The position numbers were made by a program, and so were the translations under genes. A model generated the notes under the pieces. That model searched no databases. It saw only the letters and a list, made by a program, of their open reading frames with translations, and was not told the DNA's origin. Below, one piece after another: positions 15,281 through 26,440 of a DNA stretch of 64,000 nucleotides (position 1 is its first letter; every line of letters starts with the position of its first letter). The DNA is taken from positions 755,656 to 819,655 of the forward strand of contig JAHLTZ010000008.1 of the NCBI GenBank assembly GCA_025786725.1, given 5' to 3'. Origin of the DNA: Syncephalis fuscata S228. Taxonomy: Eukaryota > Fungi > Zoopagomycota.

Positions 15281-16748
15281 TTAAGGCTTCTGGCCATAAA
15301 AGTAATAAGCATGAACAAGCGTTCTATGCTCATCGCAGTCTTGCCATAGCTCGTCGAGAAGCTTGTCGTATTCCTCTTCCGATGAAACGACACCAATAAT
15401 AGCGGCCAATTTTTTCAGGCTACGTAATGCCTCATCGATATTGTTGCGCATCATACGACCAGAAATGCCAGCCCATTCGCCCACGGGAAATTCTACAATG
15501 CGCGCCTGAATCTCTATGTAGCCAGCTCGTTTCATTAGTTTGTCAAGACGACGAATAATGGAAAGATCGAGGCCACGATAAGCAAAACACTGCTCGACAA
15601 TCTTATTTACGCGATAGCCGATATCACCGACATTCTGAAAGCTGAAGTCGGTATCAGCCAGCTCGAGAAAACCGCCAGACTGTGTAATGCGAAACAGTTC
15701 GCCTACATGTGTTGGCCAGAAAGACGCGGGGATGGCACCACTCATCAAGCGTTGGTGAACAAAGTCGTAGCGATTCGAAGAGAATGACAATCCTAATATA
15801 GCAAATAAAAGGTAAATAATCGAGTATATATCATTTATATTAGTTGTATTTACCTTCCAGTATATTTCCCAATTCAAAAGCACAATTGTTTGGCATGTCT
15901 GTTTGCATAAAAATGTCGGCAATATCAACGCCAATTAGGCTGGCCTTTGGATAATCGCGCGCCACTTCCTTCATCCACATACCGGTGCCACAGCCCACGT
16001 CTAAAATCCGTTTTGGGTCGTTGACTGGCGCGAGGTATGTGCGACGAAGTACATAGCGAATAATGTTGTGCTGCGTATTGAGTCTATCCGTTTCATCAAG
16101 ATCTGTAGGCCATAAATAATTGGCCATATCTTCATTTAGCATACGGCGGCCATCCTGCCAAATGTATTTAGCTGGCACAATGCTTGTTGAGCTATTGGAA
16201 CCTGTTGTACTATGGTCATTGTTGTCGGATTTAATCAGCTTAGGATAGCAGTTTTCGTGGCCGAAAGAACCGCCTTCGCTATGACTACGCATCATACCAT
16301 TAGAAAAATCGTTGGCACTGCTGTAACTATTGCTATGCGTGTGCGGTCCCTTTACTTGACAAGGAACGTAGTTGGTATCAAGTAGTGCATGGGCGACACA
16401 ATCTGCACATCCACCGCAGTGCACGAAACCATTGGAAAACTTTTGAATATGTTCGCCAATATTTGCGGTCATTTGGTCCATACTACGATTATTGTGGACG
16501 TGTGCGGATGTTAAATCAACACTTAAACCAAGATGCGATTTATTGCGTCGTATTCCCGGAATACTTTGTAGAAATTTAGAACCTTTCTTGGTTCCAGGAT
16601 CAGCCGTAGGAAGTACTTCATGCTGCAGCTGTTGCATACACAATGGTGATGGGCGTCGATGCTGATGAGGCTGTCGACGGCAAGCATGCTTTCGCGCAGC
16701 TTTTGAATCGCTTGCCGTGCTTTTACGTGATGATGTAGTGTTGCCCAT
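15281..16748 (-). CDS. Class I SAM-dependent methyltransferase (LaeA-like), one intron ~15793-15852
   Basis: YLWPTDLDETDRLNTQH, RILDVGCGTGMWM, LIGVDIAD, YDFVHQRLM, FPVGEWAG. Confidence 0.93.
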
Positions 16749-19671
16749 GATGTTTGTCGCTCACTTATTAATCTTTTTTTCTCTTTCTCTTGTTTCTTCT
16801 ATTGCTACACAGCGGGGTCAGAAAAGCGGGGAAAGAACAAGTCGGATTGAACTGAGCCGGTAAATAAGCGGGCGATCAATAACACCAGAAATACGCAATT
16901 CAAGCCACAGTCGTACACAATAGGAAGCTGACGTCTAGCGCCGAACCGGTACTGTTCTTAGCAAAGATTGATATCACGTGCCAAACCAGCTGTATTACGC
17001 TGGAACGTAATTGTCTATAGGAATAAAAAGCAGTGCTGCTGTATAGTGAAGGATAATATTAAACGCCTAATCAAATGTTATACCAAAAATTTAGTATCTA
17101 TAGACTGTTTATTCAAGCGGACAAGAACGAGGTTGAAATATCAAAATCAAAAGTCGTTACTCGATAGGCAAGGCGTAATAATGCTCAACCAGTTTTGGTA
17201 CCAAAATAAATGTCAGCTGAATTGACCAGCATGCCGACTTTGGTTTATTGTATCACCATCACGTCCACCACAGACCATGAACGAAGAAATAAACCATCAA
17301 AAAGTACTTACCCGTGCGTATCCAAAAGAATATAGTCGGATATTATATAGCTATTGTTGCTATTTAAGTAGCGGCTACGTAAAATGAGAACTACAATCTA
17401 ACGCTTGATTGAGAGCACAGTATTGAGTCGTTATATAGTGTGAGAGGAGAGTAAACGGGAATAAACGAAAAATAATAGCGTTAAGGCGTGTAACGGTTAG
17501 GTTAGGTTCAATAAAAGGCGCCGAGAAAATGAAGTAAGAAGCAGGCCAAGGAGCGCAACGTTAAGCTTTGGCCGTAAATATCTGAAAAAAAGTTAGTAGG
17601 ATGATGGAGACGGAATAATACTGGTGTAACAAATATCTTGAAACGACGGCAAGTTTCGTGTAGGATATTTGTTTGGAGAATTAGGAAAATAGAAACGAGA
17701 AAGATAGAAAGAGTGGGAAATAGAGCGATAGATAGAAGGAGAGGAAGAAAAGAATACGCAGTATATCAACGTATAGTTGGACAAATAGTGCCAATGCTAT
17801 TGGTGCCGATAATAATAGCAGTACTAATCGTAATGGTAATAAAAATGGAATGATTGGCGATGGCAAAAGAAAACATCCGAATGCAAGACGGCGTCCGCGT
17901 GTCTATTTTAACCATGTTCTCGTCCTAAACAACTACAAAATGCCGCATTGTTCATTCATTGGACCCATTAGGGTAACGAGCTGATACTGATTACGAGGAT
18001 GGTCGGCGATGGCAGCAATAACAGAAATGGAAATGCATGAGCAGCAGCAGCATTTGTAGGCCATTTACTATTCAGCTGCACACAGCAGTGTAATGCATGT
18101 GCCGTCCATTCGTTGGTCTATTGCTTCTGACATCTTTGATTTCGTCGTTTGATTTGTACGCAAAAGGCGGAGGCACTAACGTGTGCCAATACGCGTTTCG
18201 TATGCATGCGGGCCAGTTTTGCTGAAAAAAATTCCTAGCATGTGCCCCTTGTGGCCTTGGGTGCGACTGTTTTCCCTCTTCACTTGCTTGCTTGCTACTA
18301 CTCACTTGCTAGTGTTTTACTGCTTTAGCCGCTAAATGATAATAAAATGACATGATAGGCCTAAAGGGTCGAGTTAAAAGCTTAGTTGGGACCGCTGAGT
18401 GTTTATTTGACGATTTCAGTGAAGTATACACGTGCACATTGCTTTCATGCAACCAAAAAAACGATGTCTTGCGCGATTGGTAAATTTTATTAGACACGCT
18501 TCACGGACGTGCGTGGTTGGTCTTACTCACCCGTGTTTACAGACCAACGACGTCATTGTCGTAACGGTGCATGAGCGTGCGCAGACAAATAGAAAATACT
18601 GGGTCTCAAAAAGCAGTATTTCATGACTACTTTGATCTTAGCAGAAGGCCTTGTTCGTAAGTTTTTCATTTAATAGTACATTAACCATAAACGACTTTTT
18701 ACAGAAAATATTTATATTATAGATAATGCTTATTTGTCCACAAGGGGCTCGTATACAATACATCGATTCTAATCGCGATAACATCGCTTAAAGCATTGTT
18801 TAGCAAGTGGTGTACTACCGATAAAGCAATAACAAACTCTTCTGAGGTTGCACGGTTATACAGTAACCCGTAATGGCAAAAACAGACGCTATAAATTTAT
18901 GTTAGTACTATTAATCTGCTTTAAAACTGTTGCTATCCTTTTTTCAATTTTTCATATTGATTAAACCTTTTGTTTTTGTATCGTATTTAAAACACTCTTG
19001 CTTGATGTTACACCAGTTGTACCAGTATTTAACTTATGGTCTAATAGAAATCACAATGTAATAAATACAATAACACATGGTTACTGTATTTTATTTCATA
19101 TTAATAATTACATGGGGCACAATGAGTGAAAGAAAAGATTTAAAATGTAAGTTTACAATTACATCTTTAGTATAACTGGTCAAATAAAACGAAAAACATA
19201 TGCTGAGTGCGCAACATCTACGTAAATTAAACGTTATTCAATAGTTATAGCACAATATAATGATAAACTAATAATAATAAACTGCTTATTGTAAAGCTAT
19301 GCCATGCTAATAAAGCAGCCACTAATAAAGCTATTGCTATAGTAGATATGGTTGTTTTTCACGCCTATTCTAGCCATTACTACGAAACTATTTTATTTTA
19401 GGTTTCCAACTTCAAGATGAAAACAAAAAATCTATAACTCAATAATAAAACGTCCATCGGTTTTTAACACTGAGAAGTGTCGTTTGTTGAAGCATCACTA
19501 TGTCAACTCCGTTTGAATTAGTTGAAGTTGAGCCAGTCTGTACTATTTTCAATATTCGATATTAGAGTTAATAGATGTTAAATAGCATTTTCATGTTACT
19601 TACAATAAAATATAATAAACAGATAAATGTTAATCCATATTATTGTTGCAGTAAAGTATTCAAAGCATTAT

Positions 19672-19785
19672 AATTTGATATTTAATGTCATTTACTATCC
19701 ATCATCATGTTCAATAGATTGGATGTTATTAAATAGCCACTTTAACCACAAATCATACTAAATGGCTAACAAATTTAATTAAATT
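19672..19785 (+). repeat. Dispersed ~90-110 bp repeat, copy B
   Basis: Homologous to 14513-14600 and 61152-61262. Confidence 0.7.
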
Positions 19786-20013
19786 GTATAATAATGTTAA
19801 ATGATACACTATTTTATACAATAATGCAGTTTATTTAATTCAATTAGCAAGTACTAAATTAAAAGTTAAAAACGAAATGCTACATAGCATGTATATATTA
19901 GTGCAACAACACTAGCACAATCAAATAAAACAATTGACTAAATAATTGCTAATATCATTACTAAAATAGCTAATGTGGTTGTAATTGTAGTAAATGTAGC
20001 TCATTGTAATATG

Positions 20014-20232
20014 TTAATATTTAGTCAATTTTTCTACACATGACGAACAATAACAATCAACCTCAAATGTTCCAAAGAAATCAAACAGTATGTTACATTA
20101 TTTATTTAAATTAATTTATTAATAATATTTTAATAGAAAGTAATATAATTATGTTGTGCATAACAATGGCATGACTTCAATTGAAATAAAACTTTGCTTT
20201 GGGGACTCAAAATAGGCGGCGCAAAGTAAAAT
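20014..20232 (+). mobile_element. Fanzor/TnpB-like 3' remnant, copy 2 (last codons + non-coding tail)
   Basis: NI*SIFLHMTNNNNQPQMFQRNQ followed by TGTTGTGCATAACAATGGCATGACT...ACTTTGCTTTGGGGAC...GCAAAGTAAAAT. Confidence 0.75.
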
Positions 20233-20316
20233 TCATTCACTATCATTATGATGATGGTTAAAAATAATAAACTTGTTTGTCGCCTATTTCAATAACTAAC
20301 CATAGTATTAGCCACC

Positions 20317-22307
20317 ATGACCACTACAAAGCCTATTGAACGACAGAATAAGCTGCTTTTTATACTGATTGACGGCGTCGGCGACGTGTCGGTCTCTTCT
20401 TTGGCGGGAAAAACACCTTTGCAAGCGGCACATTTACCTCACTTGGACCGAATTGCGCGTATGTACAACTATTTATAAAGCATAAGTAACATAATTATGA
20501 ACACGTAATATCGTTGCTAGTTAAAGGTGTCAACGGCTTGCTTGATCCAGTAGAGCCAGGACTGGCGTGCGGATCGGATACAGCTCATCTATCTTTGTTC
20601 GGCTACAATCCAAGGCAGTAAGTTTTATGTTAATAATACCGTTTATTTATAAATATTAAAAATCCTACTAATATATATTGGATATTGGTAGATATTACCG
20701 CGGACGAGGAGCATTTGAATCGATGGGTGCTGGTCTTTCAATGATACCAGGCGATATTGCTTTCAAGGTTAGTAGACCAACTTTTATATTGGTTTTGTGT
20801 AGCGTCGATTCATACTAGGATTAGTCGAATTTTGCTACTCTAGACCGTGCATCCGGCATTGTTCTAAAACGTAGAGCGGATCGTAATTTTGAAGGCCTTG
20901 GACCACAATTATGTGCCGATTTAAACGGTCTGTAAGTACTTTGACTAGACGATAAACAATCATTACTATTATCATTGTTATACTAAATGTATCATTTAAT
21001 AGCAAACTACCATCATTTCCTAACCATAGTGTTGCTGTTAAATATGCAACGGAACATAGGTAAGTGAATTTATTACTTATTGACCTATTACAAATCTAAG
21101 TGTTTTATCAATTAGATGTGGCGTTCGTGTTAGAGGTCCAGGTCTAACCGATATGATTACAGGTACAGATCCATTAAAAGACAAGTCAGTTACTTTAAAT
21201 AATAATATAATAATACTAATTAATTTAATAGTCTTCCACTTGTCAAGTGTACACCGACTGATGGTAGTGAAGAGGCCGAACTAACAAGCAAAGTAGGCTA
21301 ATTATAGCTGATAATGTAGTTTATATTAATAATATAGCAATGGGTGGCTGTTTAGCTTGTCAATGAGCTTTCCGACTGTATTTATAACATACTTGTCAAT
21401 CATCCAATTAATGAGCAACGTGTAAAAGCGGGCAAATCTTTGACCAATTGCGTTTTACTACGTGGATGTGGGTCTCGTATCAAGGTAATAGTTGATATGT
21501 TATAGAATTAATACTGAATAATGATATATAGATGCCTACAGTAGAAGAAATACATGGGTTAAAATCATTTATGGTTGCGCCAACATGTATTATCGCCGGT
21601 TTAGGAGAAACCATTGGTATGGGTAAGTAAAGTATTGTGTTGCAAGTAACCACATTATAAACAATTGTATAGATATTTGTGTGGTTCCGGGTGCTACTGG
21701 CGATTACTTTACCAATATTCTGGCTAAAGGAGAGGCGGTCACTGATAAATTATTGCATAGTGGTAAATTATTAGTAAATGGTGATGGTAATTGTAATTAA
21801 TTGTGAATATTAGAATCGCCGTATAATTTTGCCTTTTTACACATTAAAGCAGTTGATGATGCGGGACATGATAAAAATATTGAATACAAAGCAAGTAAAT
21901 TGTAATGAATTTTAAATTGTATCATCTAATATTTTACAGATCCGATTCTTACAAGAAATTGATCAAATGATCGGTAAAGTTGTGGAGAAACTAGAGGATT
22001 ATACAAAAGCATCGAGTGAACATAAGGTAGATATTGGCTTGTTTGCTTATTGGTCTAGCTATTTATTTAATATTTAATTGAATAGGTTACGCTCTGTGTG
22101 ACGGGTGATCATTCAACGCCCGTGCTCTATGGCGATCATAGTTGTGAACCCGTTCCATTTACTGCATTACGCGTCGATCAGATGCCATTACCGCCAGACA
22201 ATGTCGCAACATTCGATGAAATGGCTGCAGCCCACGGTGGGCTGGGTCGTTTTAGTGGACAAGATGTCATGTCGTTACTGAAAACGCTCATGACCATGTC
22301 AAATTAG
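20317..22307 (+). CDS. Cofactor-independent phosphoglycerate mutase, ApgM/archaeal-type (alkaline phosphatase superfamily), ~11 introns
   Basis: [86 protein letters not shown]. Confidence 0.92.
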
Positions 22308-22327
22308 TATTATTGATAGTAGCGTAG

Positions 22328-23302
22328 CTATAGCTTTTTTGTTGGTTGAAATAATGCAAGGAAGTCATCTTCAGAATAAACCTGGCCAAAATGTTGTGCT
22401 GTGGTATTGCGCATATCAATATAAGCATCAAGATTTGTCACACCTAGTGTAAATAGAAAATATGATAGTTAATTGGCACGTAGATTGATTATAATTAGTT
22501 AAACACTTACGTTCAGAATATTCATTACTGATCAGTGGTGGATAATCGGGCGGTGGAGCTAGCCATGCTTTTGTTACTTTATCAATCTACAACAGCTTGT
22601 CATCAATTTGGTCTTCAGTCGCATTAAAATTCACCAATTACCATGTGAGATCGATCAGATGAAAAGTGCTTAACATAATCAACTGCAGGCACAACTCGGA
22701 ACTGCCTTTTTATTTGTTGTTAGTGAGTTCATGAGTTGTAAATAATAAAATTAATCCTTACCGCTGATAAATATTTAATAATTGCATGTTTGGTTTGAAC
22801 GCCGCATCAACATACTTATGAAATAAGCAAGGAAAAGGCAGTAGTGCATCGAAATCGTAAACTATACAGCTAGTTTGATAGCATTTTAGTTGATATACAA
22901 ATCTATTATTATTATTATTAATCCATTTACCTGCTTGCTGTCTGGTTAATCAATATAACATGATAGTCCTAGATATTAAATTATTAAATATCAATATACT
23001 TTAACCGTATCAGTTTTCGTAGCAATCATCATTACCCATATCACAAGTGTACTATCATCTCTAGAAGCCGACTGGGCCCATAGCGGCACCTACAACGCAA
23101 GAAAATAAGTATGGGACGGAATTTACAGCTATTGCAAGTCATACAAGCACTAAGCACTTACCGCGCGACGCTCATTAGAAATAAAAACAACTAGCGCATT
23201 GCTGGTCGGGTCAACAGCAAGTAATTGCTTTGATAAAAGATAAATATTTTCTTCGCAGTATTGCTTTGTATATTGAGTTTCACTTCGAGTCAATATTGTC
23301 AT
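22328..23302 (-). CDS. NTAQ1: Protein N-terminal glutamine amidohydrolase (WDYHV1/NTAQ1), multi-exon
   Basis: YTKQYCEENIY, VVFISNERR, VPLWAQ, DYHVI, YDFDALLPFP, HFSSDRSHM, APPPDYP. Confidence 0.92.
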
Positions 23303-23808
23303 TGTAATGTGTTGTGTGTTAATGATTGTGAGAAGAAAAGGATATTTTATTTAGTCAATGAGATTGATAATTACGTGCTATGTTGTTAATAAAGTCAGCG
23401 TGATCATTGATGTGTTTAATAACGGTCGTGCTGATATGTGATTTTCAACCTATGCTCATTTTAATGATGTACACGACATTGTTTTTATGGTTTTGCACAC
23501 TGAAATGATATATTCTATTATTCAGTTATGCATAACGTATACGTATTTAAATAAACTGTACATGGAAAGTATCAGAAATGCGAGTGATGCCATCATCGGC
23601 GCACTGTTTACTATCAATTTGATACTGTTCGTATTGTATTATCGGCCGATTATAGCGATTTAATCAAATTTAGCCAATATTTTATTTCAAACTATAATTT
23701 AATGGCTATATTAGATACAATTGACCATGCAGCGATTAAACTTTCTACACTTATACAGATGATCAGGAAAACTACACTGATTATTAAATATACAAATGTC
23801 TTGGTTGC

Positions 23809-24245
23809 ATTTTACTTTGCTCCTACATCTGTCCCCAAAGCACAATTCGTTTCGATCAGAGTCATGCCGTTATTATGCACAACATAGTTATATTACTTCC
23901 TATTAAAATACTGTTAATAAACTGATTTAAATGAAGAATGTAACATACTATTTGATTTCATTGAAACATTTAAGGCCGATTATTATTGCTGTTGGCTATG
24001 TGTAGAAAGATTGATCGAATATTAATAGAAGCCATATGATTGCAATTTCATGTCATTCCGCATTTGTTGTTGTTACATTTATGTACAGTGTGGATTATTG
24101 CATCTGAATGGTCTATTCTATTTGCTATTCTTCTATTATTACATTTTGGATATCTTTGTGCTGTAAAATCAAGATTGCTATAATTAGTATAAAAAGTAGT
24201 TTATTAAACAGCCACTTTTCCTATAACCAATCTGACTAAATAAAA
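23809..24245 (-). mobile_element. Fanzor/TnpB-like 3' remnant, copy 3
   Basis: Reverse complement aligns end to end with 13273-13690 (PKC...HTVHKCNNNKCGMT*NCNHMASINIRSIFLH...NNRP) and ends GCTTTGGGGAC...GCAAAGTAAAAT like copy 2. Confidence 0.8.
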
Positions 24246-24836
24246 AAGTCAAATTACAATAGCCCCAGTGCCTTAAAAAGAAGTAAATTTGTTTTGATAT
24301 TAATACAAAACGGGCTACGAACTAATCTTCAAAACTATCACGGTTACACATATAGATTTAGTTGTCAATTGAAGCAAATAGAATATTCTAATGGTGCGTT
24401 ATTCTACTATTTTAGTTGAGCTATCATGCTGTGTTGTATTTAGCAGCAATATAAAATTGAAAATAATAATACCAGAATTCACACATGCTATTTAGATTTC
24501 CATAGAAGGACATAGTTAACGACGATATATATTCAAAATAGGTAATAGTCATGCTTTAGGCCATACTATTTTAGTCGAATAATCATGTCACATTACAATC
24601 AGTAGTCATTGAGGTATAAAAATAAACAAACTTGATGTTTCAAGTGTGCTATTTTGTATTCTACACTAATGAGCTTGACACATAATTTTGTATCAATGCC
24701 TGTTGAGTTCCAATCGGCTTGTGCCTAAATGATTATAAATTCTACAATAGTTAGTGTTTTTCTTCAAATTAGCATACAACTTAGCGTTTCAAATTTTACT
24801 TAGAAAAAATATATAGACAAAAATTCTGTTTTCAGT

Positions 24837-26122
24837 ATGGTTAAAATTGGTATTTTTGCTATTGCTGCTGCTTTTACAGCCATAATACTATCTAGCATAC
24901 CAGCAAGTAGTTTCATGAACGAAGAATCTAATGGTAAATCACATATTATAACCATCATTAATATTAACACATATGCATTACTAATAGATGAAATTCTATC
25001 TAATGGAGCTGGTAAAGTATATTTGGATGATCCAAAAAATCGAGAAAAGCTTGGATTGCCGGTGGATAGGCCAGTCAAATGGAGTTATGCAACTTCTGAA
25101 AAAAGCATTGGTTATACACAATGGAATAACAAAAATGCCTTTGTTAAATGCGTAGAAAGTAGTAATGACGCCATAGAAGAAACTAAAGCTTTTGAGGTAA
25201 TGATTTTACTGGAGCAGAAATACCATTGACTTACATGATAGTTAGATATTGATTAGACTCATAAATCATCCAAAATACAACATACCAGGAAAACACAATA
25301 TTATGCATCCATTAAAACGATTTAATGTTCCGCATCCTAATTTCCCCAAAGAAACAAAAGATAACTGCTTTATCTACACGCGTGCTCCTGGTGCAACATT
25401 AAAAGAATTCATCATTGATAAAACCTGGCAACAGAAAGCTCAGTATCTACCTCAAATATTTTATCAAGTAACGCAAGGTGAGTATTTTATATTCGAGCGA
25501 TAAATCATTAATTGCTATAATTGAATATAGGCATGCTGTATTTACGTCGAGTTGGTATTATACACTATGATATAGATCATGAAAGTAAGTTGCATAGTAA
25601 TTACAAACAGCATGCTAATTAGTTAATGTAGATGTCATGGTGCATGTTAATACTAAAAACAATATGGTTCAGGCAACCATTATTGATTACGACTGTGTAA
25701 GTTTTATCTATGGCAGCATCCAAAAAACTTTAGAATTGGCACCATATACAAACCTTGATATGATAAATGGACATGACCAAAAACGGTATTGCAACATCGG
25801 CAATTCACTATTTAGTACAACAATTCATTTTGCAATTACCGAGGCAGTGATTATTGATGAATTCGATGACATAGTTCAAGGGTCATTTGAAATGATAAGC
25901 GGCATTTTTGATGCAACAGCAAAAGGTTTATCGGTTTCACCTGATAAGCGTTATGGAGTCGTATATGATAGAAAACCTCAATATCCTAGTAAAATGGATG
26001 AACCATATGCAAAAGTATTATATCCTCTTGTTAAAGCCATGAAAAAACTATATGATAGTAGCTATGGCTGTGCAATACCAAATGATGTTTTGGCTTTATT
26101 AGGATTTGCTAACATGAAATAA
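24837..26122 (+). CDS. Secreted protein-kinase-like protein, 4 introns
   Basis: Signal peptide MVKIGIFAIAAAFTAIILSS; AFVKC (VAIK-like), EETKAFE (helix C), GMLYLRRVGIIHYDIDHEN (HRD-like, micro-exon 25531-25584), IIDYD (DFG-like). Confidence 0.8.
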
Positions 26123-26440
26123 ATTGCTTATTGAGCCTGGAATTTAATTGAATGCATTATGTGTATTTAAACTAACGTTGTTTACATTAAGTATGTATTT
26201 AATTTATTTTTCATTTGTACTGAAAATGTAGTTGTAAGCTAAATAGCCATGACGTTATTATGTACAATTGAAATATTAATATAATAAAATTCAAAGATAA
26301 ATATGTCATTTATCCATATAGTTGCCGTAATTCACGCATATTTGTTGTAACAATCTTCTGTGCTTGTTCCTCTATAAACCATTACGCAATTATTATGATG
26401 TCCAGACGGAAATGTTACATAAATTGACACATTACAAGAT

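Noticed and set aside
16968-18626. Short ORFs upstream of the minus-strand methyltransferase
   Set aside because: No motifs; overlapping on both strands; probably promoter/5' UTR sequence
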